Virus record (IMG/VR): IMGVR_UViG_3300027656_000007
Coordinates: 8,702 to 72,701 of that record
Source: a virus
Taxonomy: Duplodnaviria > Caudoviricetes
Strand: one strand, 5' to 3'
Length of the DNA: 64,000 nt
The notes under the pieces are model-generated. The model searched no databases. It worked only from the letters and a program-made list of their open reading frames with translations, and had not been told where the DNA came from. Below are positions 46,318-56,466 of the stretch, piece after piece; the first letter of the stretch is position 1; every line of letters starts with the position of its first letter. Both the position numbers and the translations under genes were made by a program.

Positions 46318-49300
46318 ATGGCATTAGTATCCCCCGGCGTAGAAGTAACGGTCATTGACGAGAGTCAATACATCCCTGCTGCTACCAATTCAGTACCATA
46401 CATTTTAATAGCAACAGCACAGAATAAAACCAGTGCTGCCGGAGTCGGTGTTGCACCAGGCACATTGGAGGCCAATGCTAACCGCGTTTATTTAATGACC
46501 AGTCAGCGAGATTTGGCTGCTACATTTGGCAATCCATTCTTCTACAAGACCACAGCTGGCACGCCAATTAATGGTTATGAACTCAACGAATACGGTCTCC
46601 TTGCAGCTTATTCAGCATTGGGTGTCAGCAACCGAGTTTTTGTTCAGCGTGTTGACATTGACCTGACTGAACTCACTGCGTCATTGACTCGGCCACTGGG
46701 TGCTCCGGCAAACAACACTTACTGGTTGGATACTACCAACACTGAATGGGGTATCTTTGAATGGAACATCACAACAGGCATATTTACTGTGCAAACACCA
46801 ATTGTGATTACCAATACAACACAGTTAGAAACCGGCACAACAGTTCCGTTGCAAACAGTGGGCAGCATCGGCAATTATGCCGTCACTGCAACTAGTACTT
46901 TTAACCCAGGCTACTACAAACGTGGTGGTCCAACCAGCGCACAAACCAGTGCCACTGAAATATCAGACTTGTACAACACATGGGTTCTAATTGGATCCGA
47001 TGACTGGAAAACAGCATGGCCAACTGTGTCAGGTACGTTGGCGCCTGTTACATTGACACAGGGCAACACATTCACAGTGAACGACACTGTGATCACTGTG
47101 CCTGCTAGTCCCAACAACACTGTAGATGGCATTGCAGATGCCATTAACCTTGCTGGTATCACAGGCGTTTTTGCAGCCACAGTTGGCGGCAAGCTGTACA
47201 TGTATGCTGATTCCACAGCTACAAATGACGGTAGCACTGCCAATGGCGGTATTATTTCTATTGCACTTGGAACCGGAACACCATTGACTACATTGGGCAT
47301 TACCGCCGGCAACTACTATGCTCCAAGCTATCAAGTGAGTCCTAGTTATCAAGTTCCACGTTGGGGAACAGGACAAACCCAGCCACACCCAACAGGCAGT
47401 GTATGGCAAAAGATTTCAAATGTAAATCAAGGTGCTGAAATAGTAATCAAAAAATACAGCTCTATTCTAGGCACATTTGTTGCTCAGGCTTGCCCAATCT
47501 ACCTCAGCGAATCAACCGCAATATATACAGCAGACCCTGTTGGTGGCGGCAAAAATATTCCAGCTGGTTCCACGTATGCCAGAGCAAATATTCTACGCAA
47601 TAAAACTTCTTCTTTGGAAATTCTTGAAAGATTTGCAACTGGAGCAACAGAAATCACCGGCAGTAATGCTGCACCCGGTCCTTTTGTGTCTGGTAATACT
47701 TTTACTGTTGCAGCGACACAGCCAGGAACAGAAAATATCACTACTGCCACTGCTCAGTTACTTGGAACCACAGTGGAAGACTTTATTGCCGCAGTTAGTG
47801 CTGCCAATGTTCCATATGTCAGTGCCGCGGTCAACAGTGCAGGTGCAGTGGTATTCACACACTCTGCAGGCGGAGAGATCACATTGACCAATATAACTGG
47901 TACTCCTGTGACCACAGCCGGCTTCAATACCACAGTACGTGGCGTGCGTAACAACTACATCAACGGTGCGGTCAGTGGTTTAATTCTCAGTAACTGGGTT
48001 ATTACTCCAACATTCACCTACACTGCCAGTGACAATGCACCAGATCAAGATCCGGCCGACGGTCGTTTGTGGTATTACAGTGCAGTGGATCAAGCAGATA
48101 TCTTGATTCAAGACAACGGCGAGTGGCAAGGTTATCAAAACGTAACCAATGACGTTCGTGGTTACGATTTAAGTGCAACAAATGCCACTGGTCCTATCAT
48201 CAGTGCAACCGCACCTACCACACAAACCGACGAGTCAGAGTCACCACTGGTGTATGGTGATCTATGGATCAACACAAGTGATTTAGAAAATTATCCAGAC
48301 ATGTACCGTTGGCAGCCTGTCAACGGAGTTGATCAGTGGGTAGCTGTTGACAACACAGACCAAACCACAGAAAACGGTGTGTTGTTTGCTGATGCACGTT
48401 GGGCAACCAACGGCGACACTGATCCAATCACGGGCGCTTACCCAACCATTACCAGCTTGTTAACAAGTGATTACCTGGACCTGGATGCACCAAGCCCAGC
48501 ACTGTATCCACAGGGCATGTTGCTGTTCAACACACGTCGCTCAGGCTACAATGTCAAGAGCTTCCAGGTAGATTACTTCAACGCCGATACATTCCCAGAT
48601 GATGTACTGCCTACAGTGACCAATGCTTGGGTAACAGCCAGTGGTTTAAAGGCCAATGGTTCACCATACATGGGTCGTCAGGCACAACGTGCCATGATTG
48701 TTGCTGCACTGAAGTCTGGCATTGACACCAACACTGATGTGCGTGAAGAACAGCGTCAGTTCAACTTGTTGGCAACACCAGCATACCCAGAACTGATGCC
48801 AAACATGATTGCACTCAACAATGAGCGCAACAACACCGGCTTTGTTATCGGTGACACGCCACTGCGTTTAGACCCACAAGATATCTTGACCTGGGCTTCT
48901 AACAACAACGGTCTAGGACTAGACACAGGTGATGGTCTAACAGTTGGCAATCAGTACATGGGCGTGTTCTACCCAAGTTGCCAAACAACTGACTTGAGTG
49001 GCAGCCCGGTGGTAACTGCACCAAGCCACATGATGATACGTACAATTATCCGCAGTGACGAAGTATCATTCCCCTGGTTCGCTCCAGCAGGAACACGTCG
49101 CGGTGTTGTTGACAACGCTGTGCAACTGGGTTACATCAACGTCACTACCGGTGAATTTGAATCGTTGGGTGTGCGTCAAGGCCTACGTGATGTGCTGTAT
49201 GAAAATGCAATCAACCCAATTACATTTATTCCCGGCATTGGTATTACCAATTTTGGTAACAAAACAACCACAAGCAACACCACAGCCTTAGACCGTATCA

Positions 49301-49611
49301 ACGTGGCACGTTTGGTAGCATTCATCCGTGGACGCTTGGACACCATTGGCAAGCAGTTCTTGTTTGAACCAAACGATCAGATCACTCGTAATCAAATCAA
49401 GAATGCAATCGACGGCTTGATGATTGATCTAGTTGCCAAACGTGGCATCTATGACTATCTAGTGGTGTGCGATGCGTCAAACAACACTCCTGCTCGTATA
49501 GATCGTAACGAATTGTATGTGGACATTGCTATTGAGCCAGTGAAAGCTGTTGAATTTATCTACATTCCAGTTCGTATCAAGAACACCGGAGAAATCGCAG
49601 CCGGAGGTTAA
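46318..49611 (+). CDS. gp18: Tail sheath protein with large insertions (1097 aa)
   Basis: LVSPGVEVTVIDES, FNLLATPAYPEL, WFAPAG.RRG, LY.N.INPI, DRINVARL, FEPND, KAVEFIYIP. Confidence 0.95.
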   Translation: MALVSPGVEVTVIDESQYIPAATNSVPYILIATAQNKTSAAGVGVAPGTLEANANRVYLMTSQRDLAATFGNPFFYKTTAGTPINGYELNEYGLLAAYSALGVSNRVFVQRVDIDLTELTASLTRPLGAPANNTYWLDTTNTEWGIFEWNITTGIFTVQTPIVITNTTQLETGTTVPLQTVGSIGNYAVTATSTFNPGYYKRGGPTSAQTSATEISDLYNTWVLIGSDDWKTAWPTVSGTLAPVTLTQGNTFTVNDTVITVPASPNNTVDGIADAINLAGITGVFAATVGGKLYMYADSTATNDGSTANGGIISIALGTGTPLTTLGITAGNYYAPSYQVSPSYQVPRWGTGQTQPHPTGSVWQKISNVNQGAEIVIKKYSSILGTFVAQACPIYLSESTAIYTADPVGGGKNIPAGSTYARANILRNKTSSLEILERFATGATEITGSNAAPGPFVSGNTFTVAATQPGTENITTATAQLLGTTVEDFIAAVSAANVPYVSAAVNSAGAVVFTHSAGGEITLTNITGTPVTTAGFNTTVRGVRNNYINGAVSGLILSNWVITPTFTYTASDNAPDQDPADGRLWYYSAVDQADILIQDNGEWQGYQNVTNDVRGYDLSATNATGPIISATAPTTQTDESESPLVYGDLWINTSDLENYPDMYRWQPVNGVDQWVAVDNTDQTTENGVLFADARWATNGDTDPITGAYPTITSLLTSDYLDLDAPSPALYPQGMLLFNTRRSGYNVKSFQVDYFNADTFPDDVLPTVTNAWVTASGLKANGSPYMGRQAQRAMIVAALKSGIDTNTDVREEQRQFNLLATPAYPELMPNMIALNNERNNTGFVIGDTPLRLDPQDILTWASNNNGLGLDTGDGLTVGNQYMGVFYPSCQTTDLSGSPVVTAPSHMMIRTIIRSDEVSFPWFAPAGTRRGVVDNAVQLGYINVTTGEFESLGVRQGLRDVLYENAINPITFIPGIGITNFGNKTTTSNTTALDRINVARLVAFIRGRLDTIGKQFLFEPNDQITRNQIKNAIDGLMIDLVAKRGIYDYLVVCDASNNTPARIDRNELYVDIAIEPVKAVEFIYIPVRIKNTGEIAAGG

Positions 49612-49637
49612 AAATAGGGGCCTGGTGCCCCTATTTT
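49611..49637 (+). terminator. Terminator between sheath and tube genes
   Basis: AAAATAGGGGC-CTGGT-GCCCCTATTTT; new TAAATA at 49657-49662. Confidence 0.8.
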
Positions 49638-49684
49638 CGCTCAGGTATAGATAACATAAATAACAGTAACAGAGGATAAAAATT

Positions 49685-50329
49685 ATGGCTTCAGCATCGT
49701 TAAACAAAATGACAGTACCCTTGGCAAGTGACCAAAGCCAAAGCAGTACCGGCATACTAATGCCAAAATTAAAATATCGCTTTCGAGTGATATTTGAAAA
49801 TTTTGGCGTACAAGGTGGTCCAGTAACTGAAATGACTAAACAGGTCATTGATTTTACACGCCCAACAGTGACATTCGAACAGATTGATTTGCCGATTTAC
49901 AACTCTACTCTTAAAATGGCTGGCAAGCACTCATGGGGCGATGTTTCGTGCAACCTACGTGATGATGCAGGTGCCAACGTTCAACAGTTGGTGGGATCAC
50001 AGCTACAGAAACAGTTGGATTTCTTTGAAATGGCATCGGCCGCTGCTGGTGCAGATTATAAATTTGTAACCAAATTTGAAGTACTAGACGGCGGCAACGG
50101 CGCAGTGGCTCCTGTGGTTCTTGAGTCATGGGAACTGTATGGTTGCTACTTGAAAGAAGTAAACTATGGCGATGCCAATTATGGAACCAGCGAAGCAATG
50201 ACAATTGCATTGAGCATTGCCTTTGATAATGCTAACCAAGTTGTTGGCGGCGGTGTTGGCGAAACAGGCACCATCCTTGGTACCACACTAGGCACAGTAA
50301 CCGGCTTAGGTGGCACACAAGGCGCCTAA
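49685..50329 (+). CDS. gp19: Tail tube protein
   Basis: PKLKYRFRV.F, RPTVTFE, KMAGK.SW, W.LYGCY, IAFDNA; follows the sheath gene. Confidence 0.85.
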   Translation: MASASLNKMTVPLASDQSQSSTGILMPKLKYRFRVIFENFGVQGGPVTEMTKQVIDFTRPTVTFEQIDLPIYNSTLKMAGKHSWGDVSCNLRDDAGANVQQLVGSQLQKQLDFFEMASAAAGADYKFVTKFEVLDGGNGAVAPVVLESWELYGCYLKEVNYGDANYGTSEAMTIALSIAFDNANQVVGGGVGETGTILGTTLGTVTGLGGTQGA

Positions 50330-50337
50330 GTAGTCAA

Positions 50338-51465
50338 ATGAGTTTTGGTCAAGACTTTTTAAAAGGTTTTCTTGGTGACAACGGGTTAAGAGATTACACC
50401 CACGCCTCGAAAACCTTTCGCACGAATGGATACGAACTTGCTCCTAGATTAAAGTTTCTTTTTCACACTTTCTTTAATCTAAATATTGAAGCAATTCCTT
50501 CTCTAAAAAACAACGACCAAACCAGTATTGGATTAGCAGTCAAAACAATTGATCTCCCCAGCTATCAGATATCAGTTGACACTATGAATCAGTACAATCG
50601 CAAGAGATTGGTGCAAAGTAAAATTGAATATCAGCCTGTTACCATAACATTCAACGACGACGGTGGCGATCTTATTCGTAACATGTGGTACAACTATTTC
50701 AGTTACTACTACAAAGATCCAGTGCAACAGTACGAGGGTGTTCCCAATACCAATGGCACCAGTGGAAATTTACAAACTACTCCTACTGGATTTGCCTACA
50801 ACACAAAAGACATCTACAGCAACGATAGATTTGTAAACGACTGGGGTTATGTGGGCGAAAGCTACATGGACGGAACTTTCGATGCACAAGGCAAAGCACC
50901 TTTCTTCAAAGACATTAAAATTTACGGACTCAACCAGCACAAGTTTGCGGCCTATGTGCTGGTAAACCCGATGATCACTGACTGGCGACACGACACCTAT
51001 GACTACAGCCAAGGCAACGGTGTTATGACACACACCATGACTATAAAATATGAAACTGTAAAATACTATTCGGGTGCCATTGGCGCAGTGCGACCTGACA
51101 CCAATGTGGTTGGCTTTGCTGATCCTGCCCATTACGATCAGATTCGTAGTTCAATCTCTCGCCCTGGCAGTCAATCCACTGTGCTGGGCCAAGGCGGCTT
51201 GATCGATGCAGGTGTGGGCATCTACGAAGACTTGACTGCATTGGCGTCAGGCAACGGCAACTTGTTTAATGTGATTGGTGCTGCACAAAAAGCACTCAAT
51301 GTAAACCAAACCCTGAAGAAAACTCCGCTGAAAGACATTGTTCGTAACGATGCAAAAGCTGTCAAACAAGATGTACTGCGTAACAGCTTGCCCGGCGCAA
51401 TGCGCAATGCTGCCAACTCTGCCAACAGTATGTTATTTCCTAAACAACCGCCGCCGAAAAAATGA
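50338..51465 (+). CDS. Tube-fold baseplate/tail tube initiator (gp54/48-like)
   Basis: KTIDLPSY.I...NQYNRKR..Q.KIEY.P..ITF.DD, a gp19-like fold pattern. Confidence 0.6.
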   Translation: MSFGQDFLKGFLGDNGLRDYTHASKTFRTNGYELAPRLKFLFHTFFNLNIEAIPSLKNNDQTSIGLAVKTIDLPSYQISVDTMNQYNRKRLVQSKIEYQPVTITFNDDGGDLIRNMWYNYFSYYYKDPVQQYEGVPNTNGTSGNLQTTPTGFAYNTKDIYSNDRFVNDWGYVGESYMDGTFDAQGKAPFFKDIKIYGLNQHKFAAYVLVNPMITDWRHDTYDYSQGNGVMTHTMTIKYETVKYYSGAIGAVRPDTNVVGFADPAHYDQIRSSISRPGSQSTVLGQGGLIDAGVGIYEDLTALASGNGNLFNVIGAAQKALNVNQTLKKTPLKDIVRNDAKAVKQDVLRNSLPGAMRNAANSANSMLFPKQPPPKK

Positions 51466-51824
51466 GCTCAATCAACGAAACTAATTACAAAATAGATCTC
51501 ACTGTGAGAGTGTTCGACGACTTTTTTGGATTCGAGCTATTGGTAGATGCAGCCGAGTGGGATGTGGTATCGAGTTATTTTAAATCAATCTACACAACCA
51601 AAATAGCCGCTGAGAATTTTGCAACAGCATTGTTCCGTGTGGCTAACGAACAAAATGAGTCTGTGTTGACATTGTTGCAGCAGATTCAAACAGCATCTGG
51701 TCCTGCTGAACTGGACTTGACACTGGCATACTATCTCAACAACTTGCGTAGCAACAGCACCTTGTTGGGCACTTCTCAACCAGTGCAGCCAAATTACTAT
51801 GCTGCCAGAAATGTCAGAGCATGA
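51462..51824 (+). CDS. Hypothetical protein in the tail/baseplate operon
   Basis: 120 aa, ATGA overlaps at both ends. Confidence 0.65.
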   Translation: MSSINETNYKIDLTVRVFDDFFGFELLVDAAEWDVVSSYFKSIYTTKIAAENFATALFRVANEQNESVLTLLQQIQTASGPAELDLTLAYYLNNLRSNSTLLGTSQPVQPNYYAARNVRA

Positions 51825-52252
51825 GCAGATTTGCGCAAGGTCCTTACACAGTTAAGAACCCTACCAAGTATGTAGGCAAAGGTACCCCGCGTTATAGATC
51901 CGGTTGGGAACTCAGTTTTATGCGGTTCTTGGACAACAACGACAATGTAATGCAGTGGGCCAGTGAAAGTATACAGATTCCTTATCGAAATCCAGTCACT
52001 GGAAAACAAAGCGTCTACGTGCCAGATTTCCTCATCACTTACAGAACACGACAGCAAACACTGGTTGGCGAAGTAATTGAAATCAAACCCAAAAAACAAA
52101 GCATCATCGAAAGCAAGATGAACAACAGAGACCGCATGGTGGTGGCCATTAACTATGCCAAATGGGACGCAGCCTCCAAATGGTGCAGTCGCAACGGCCT
52201 AAAGTTTAGAGTAATCACCGAAGAAGACATGTTCCGCAACGGCGGAAAATAA
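51821..52252 (+). CDS. gp4: Head completion nuclease (TnsA-like PD-(D/E)XK)
   Basis: KY.G...YRSGWE..FM, WASE...IPY..P, YVPDF, IEIKP, N.AKW.AA..W. Confidence 0.9.
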   Translation: MSRFAQGPYTVKNPTKYVGKGTPRYRSGWELSFMRFLDNNDNVMQWASESIQIPYRNPVTGKQSVYVPDFLITYRTRQQTLVGEVIEIKPKKQSIIESKMNNRDRMVVAINYAKWDAASKWCSRNGLKFRVITEEDMFRNGGK

Positions 52253-52285
52253 CCTGTGCTATACCGTTAATGCGGTAAATATGGT

Positions 52286-52795
52286 ATGACCAAACGCCTA
52301 GAAGAACTCTTTGACCTGCCTGCCAGCACTGCTGACACGGAACAAACAGTGACAGACATTGCTGCCACACAGTATTCTATAACTGAAATTGACAGCGCCA
52401 TTGACAAGATCGATGCTGCATTGCCCGGCATACGTGATCTTGAAACATCAGACAGTGAAATGGACAGTCTGGCCTTAAAGGCCACGGAAACATTTGACGA
52501 TCTAATGGACCTGGGCATGCAGGTTGACAGTCGCTATGCCAGTGAAATTTTTGCAGTGGCCGGCGCCATGCTGGGGCATGCACTCACTGCCAAAACTGCC
52601 AAGATGAACAAGAAACTAAAAATGATTCAGCTACAGCTACAAAAAGCCAAGCTGGATCTCGATCGTGAAAAACACACCAAAGACCCCGATGAAGGTAACT
52701 CCGCTGTGGAAACTGCTGAAGGTCAGGTGTTGAGTCGCAATGATCTATTAGAGAGACTGATTGGCTCAAGAGATCAAAAGAACAAACAAGCATAA
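52286..52795 (+). CDS. gp16: Probable terminase small subunit
   Basis: Helical; SRYASEIFAVAGAML resembles the gp16 PRAYEV segment; own TAAATA. Confidence 0.5.
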   Translation: MTKRLEELFDLPASTADTEQTVTDIAATQYSITEIDSAIDKIDAALPGIRDLETSDSEMDSLALKATETFDDLMDLGMQVDSRYASEIFAVAGAMLGHALTAKTAKMNKKLKMIQLQLQKAKLDLDREKHTKDPDEGNSAVETAEGQVLSRNDLLERLIGSRDQKNKQA

Positions 52796-52815
52796 ATATC
52801 ATATAGGAAAATCAT

Positions 52816-53421
52816 ATGAAACATTTCAAAGAATACCTGGCAGAAAACGAAAGAGTATACAATTACCGCATTAAAATTGCAGGTGATACTCCTCGAGACG
52901 TGATCAAAGCACTGGAAGAAAAACTAAAACAGTTTGATGTAGTCAGCATCACTGCTCCAAAGACAACGCCGGTCATGGCCCGATTGGCAGACTTTCCGGC
53001 CATTGAAAACGAAAGTTGTACACACATGGATGTTGAATTCCGTTACCCAGCAATTGAACCGCAGATTCAACAGATTGCACAGTTACTGGGAATAGATCCA
53101 AACCGTGTGTGCATGTTGACTGTGCCGTACGAAAACAGCTATGACAAAGAAGCCGCAGATGTTGAAAAACAAAACAAAGACCTGTTGACATCGCCATATC
53201 CAGCACCGGATGCAGAACAAAAGGCTCTGTACAAAGACTACTCGGCTGCACCAGAAGATCATGCAGTGTTGAAAAATACCTACCGCAGTGAATTCACAGT
53301 GGCCGGTGGCAAGACACCACCTGCTGTGACCACAAACAGCATACCCATGAACAACAAGAGCCCAATGACGAACATCAAGCGTCCACCCAAGCCAGCTACT
53401 GGTTATAACCCTAAAGGATAA
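52816..53421 (+). CDS. Hypothetical protein, putative internal head protein
   Basis: N-terminus MKHFKEYLAE resembles the T4 capsid-targeting sequence; TAAATA at 52793-52798. Confidence 0.6.
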   Translation: MKHFKEYLAENERVYNYRIKIAGDTPRDVIKALEEKLKQFDVVSITAPKTTPVMARLADFPAIENESCTHMDVEFRYPAIEPQIQQIAQLLGIDPNRVCMLTVPYENSYDKEAADVEKQNKDLLTSPYPAPDAEQKALYKDYSAAPEDHAVLKNTYRSEFTVAGGKTPPAVTTNSIPMNNKSPMTNIKRPPKPATGYNPKG

Positions 53422-53425
53422 TAAA

Positions 53426-55123
53426 ATGAGTTTTTTCCACAACCTAAACAAAAAATTAGACAGCATTGCTGCCCAACCAGCCGCTGCACAGCTCAATGAG
53501 CGTGACATGAGCCGTGCTGCCAAGGGCTACGAAAAGTACGGCAAAGAAGGCATGCAGGCCCTGGCCAAAGCCGGTCGTGAAGGCAAGGCGTTAGATCCTG
53601 TTCGCAACAAGTATGACAAGTATGACAACAAAGAAGTAGACGAAGGCCTAGGCGATGTGGTCAAGAAAGTCGGCGGCATGGCCAAAAAAGCTGGCAATGC
53701 TGTATTAAACAAACTGGGGCATGGCAGCGATGCAGACATGATTCGTGACTTGCAAAAGAGAATGGGCATACCACAAACTGGTATGAAGCCAACAGAAGAG
53801 CCCAAAGAAGGCAATGAATTCAGTGGCGAATTGCAAAAAGCACGAGCAACTGGCCAGAAAGAATTTGAAGTTGACGGTAAAGAATATCCAGTCAAAGAAA
53901 CTGAAATGTCTCCCAAGCAAAAATCATTTGCTGCCTTAGCTGAACCCAAGAACAAGATCACTTTTGCTGACAAGATCGCCGGCGCCAAAAAAGAAGTTGA
54001 CGAAATGCTAGGTGATGTGGCAGCAGAAGCCATGAAGCAAGCACTGCGCGGCGGCAAACAAGTTGTTGCCAGTGAAGAAGAAGATCTCAACCCATTTACA
54101 AACTACAAGAAGCCACGTGCCGCTACACCACGCACAGGCGAAGTCACACACGGTGCCAAGCACGACACAGAGTGGACAGCAACAGGTCGCAAGGTAACAC
54201 GTCGTGTTGATCCACAAGGCATGTCAGTTGGATCTGACACCGATGCCGAAGGCAATACACCGGAAAAGCGCGGCCGTGGTCGACCAAAAGGTCCTGCCAA
54301 AGGTCCAGAGCGTACCACTGCCAATGCCTACAAGCACAAGGGTGAGCGCAAGGTCAAAGAAGAAGATGATAATGTCAGTGACGAAATCAAACAGGCCATG
54401 GCCATGTTGAAGAAAGCCGGCTATAAAGTTTCCAAAGCCGTAGAAGAAGAAAGCACTGACACTCGTGACAACCACGCTGAAAAAGCCGGTAAAAAAGTAG
54501 CCAAAGACATCGAGTATGATGAAAAGAAGAAAGATGGTATTCATGGCAAGAAACGTGGCGCCGAAGATGACAAGGCCGAAAAAGCCGGCAAGAAGGTAGC
54601 CAAAGACATTGAGCACGATGACAAAAAAGACGAAGTCAAAGAAGACGAGCCTAAGAAGTCCAAGAGCAAGTTCAAGTTTGGTGGCAGCGTGTACGAAGCA
54701 CTAGATGCACAATTGGAAACACTGATCACTGAAGGCATGAGTGTCACTGTGAACATGAGTCAAGATTCCGAACACGGTGAAGATCGTAAAAATATCACAG
54801 TCAATGCAGATGGCGAAGATGCTGATCGTTTGGCAGAATTGCTACAGATGGCCGGCATGAGTCAGCAATCTAGTTCATGCAGTTCATGTGGTTCATCACC
54901 ATGCGGTTGCGATATGGTTGACGAAAACAATCCAAACTGGCCCACCGACACTGAAACCAATGACAATGCAATGCAATACTCAGGTGGCTTAAATGGTCCC
55001 AAGTCCACAGGCCAGTCCACCACACCAGTGCTGGCAAGTCAACTGCGTAGACAGGTCAGTATGGAAGAAAGTGCTAGAGTTGAGCAGAACCTGTTGAACC
55101 TGTACCGAACTTTTGGAAAGTAA
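53426..55123 (+). CDS. Highly charged hypothetical protein with AT-hook; putative internal/core protein
   Basis: KRGRGRPKG; duplicated AEKAGKKVAKDIE; many xxE acidic junctions. Confidence 0.65.
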   Translation: MSFFHNLNKKLDSIAAQPAAAQLNERDMSRAAKGYEKYGKEGMQALAKAGREGKALDPVRNKYDKYDNKEVDEGLGDVVKKVGGMAKKAGNAVLNKLGHGSDADMIRDLQKRMGIPQTGMKPTEEPKEGNEFSGELQKARATGQKEFEVDGKEYPVKETEMSPKQKSFAALAEPKNKITFADKIAGAKKEVDEMLGDVAAEAMKQALRGGKQVVASEEEDLNPFTNYKKPRAATPRTGEVTHGAKHDTEWTATGRKVTRRVDPQGMSVGSDTDAEGNTPEKRGRGRPKGPAKGPERTTANAYKHKGERKVKEEDDNVSDEIKQAMAMLKKAGYKVSKAVEEESTDTRDNHAEKAGKKVAKDIEYDEKKKDGIHGKKRGAEDDKAEKAGKKVAKDIEHDDKKDEVKEDEPKKSKSKFKFGGSVYEALDAQLETLITEGMSVTVNMSQDSEHGEDRKNITVNADGEDADRLAELLQMAGMSQQSSSCSSCGSSPCGCDMVDENNPNWPTDTETNDNAMQYSGGLNGPKSTGQSTTPVLASQLRRQVSMEESARVEQNLLNLYRTFGK

Positions 55124-55126
55124 ACC

Positions 55127-55420
55127 ATGCCCATTCAAGTAATCAACGCAGCTGGTAATGTAGTCTGGACCACAGACAAGGCAGCCATTGCGGCCAACAG
55201 CAACGACGTTACCTATCAAGTGTTTGCCACAGCACTGGGCACAGCGACCGCTGAAGGTAACTTGTATGCCAATGCGGTCAGTGTTCCCAACGGCTCTGTG
55301 CAGGAAATCTATGTGGGCGCCGGCAATAGACTTATCCTTGCCGGTACCACTGTAACAGCCACAGCCTTGGGCACAGCAAGTTCTGCACAATCGGGTGTAT
55401 ACAACGCCGCAGGAAACTAA
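55127..55420 (+). CDS. Small hypothetical structural protein
   Basis: 97 aa, Ala/Thr/Gly/Asn-rich, in the late operon. Confidence 0.6.
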   Translation: MPIQVINAAGNVVWTTDKAAIAANSNDVTYQVFATALGTATAEGNLYANAVSVPNGSVQEIYVGAGNRLILAGTTVTATALGTASSAQSGVYNAAGN

Positions 55421-55422
55421 AC

Positions 55423-55794
55423 ATGCGAGCGCATGAGTTTCTCATTGAGAAACACATCGGCAAGATTGGCAAACGAAGAAGTCAGGCCACTGTTGGACTT
55501 AACAAGTTCAGAGATGCAGATCTAGCTGATAGAGTTTACGAACTTAATCGAGTCATGATGGCTGCTGCGTGTACCGACGGTACATTCGTGCCTGACATAG
55601 ATAACGAATCTTGGGCCGGGCGCTACAACTTAGCCATGCCCTACACTGATGTTGAACAAAGCATGTTGAAAAAAGCATTCAAGGCAGTGGGATCAGACCA
55701 CGAAGATCTCAATCGCGGTGATTTAAAAAGTAAAGAATTAGAGTCAACAAACAAACGCAGTCCAGTTACAGGGTTCAAAGGGTATCCGAGATGA
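55423..55794 (+). CDS. Hypothetical protein (MRAHEFLIE start), paralogue A
   Basis: Shares N-terminus and ...K.SPV..FKGYP C-terminus with the next gene. Confidence 0.7.
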   Translation: MRAHEFLIEKHIGKIGKRRSQATVGLNKFRDADLADRVYELNRVMMAAACTDGTFVPDIDNESWAGRYNLAMPYTDVEQSMLKKAFKAVGSDHEDLNRGDLKSKELESTNKRSPVTGFKGYPR

Positions 55795-56177
55795 GAGCCC
55801 GTGAATTCATTGCAGAACAAAGAGAACTGCCGCCGGAAACCAAGAGTCCAATGCGGTATACCTATACCCTGCCAGGGTTGAGTTCGTCTGACCCATATGC
55901 CACTTATAGAATGGGCGTGGCCTTGGCTCGAGCACGTAGCGACTCTGTACAAGATGACGTAAACCCATTCATGCCCGAATGGTCGGCCGAAACCGCTTTT
56001 GGCAAGCATGCAGTGGTAGCCGGTATGAACTCCAGCATCGAACAAGTGATTGATACTGCATTAAAAATGACCAAAACGCCCGGCGGCAAACGCCTAGTGT
56101 CTACCACAACCAGCGACGAGCCAGATCTAGTAGACACACAAAGCCCTGTAAAACCATTCAAAGGATACCCGAAATAA
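55791..56177 (+). CDS. Hypothetical protein (MRAREFIAE start), paralogue B
   Basis: Tandem paralogue; ATGA overlap. Confidence 0.7.
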   Translation: MRAREFIAEQRELPPETKSPMRYTYTLPGLSSSDPYATYRMGVALARARSDSVQDDVNPFMPEWSAETAFGKHAVVAGMNSSIEQVIDTALKMTKTPGGKRLVSTTTSDEPDLVDTQSPVKPFKGYPK

Positions 56178-56455
56178 TGGCCAATCCACCACCGCCATAC
56201 GACGACATCACTGGCATAAGCCGTGCAGTGATGAAAGACAATGCACAAGTAACAATAGAAAATTACAACGGCAATGCTAGACCTGGCGAACTGGTAGTTG
56301 ATCAAACTACTGATCAATTGTTTATTGGTAACAGCTCGGGTGCATTGACACAGATTGCCGCCGGAATTACCAACGGCGGTGTTGCCGGATTGCCTGCAGG
56401 ATTTTTGCAATTGGCCTACAATCCCACCACTGGCGAAATTGTGTATTACACCTAA
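56177..56455 (+). CDS. Small hypothetical protein
   Basis: 92 aa, TAATG coupling; ARPGELVVD...LFIGN motif. Confidence 0.6.
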   Translation: MANPPPPYDDITGISRAVMKDNAQVTIENYNGNARPGELVVDQTTDQLFIGNSSGALTQIAAGITNGGVAGLPAGFLQLAYNPTTGEIVYYT

Positions 56456-56466
56456 TAGGTATCCGT

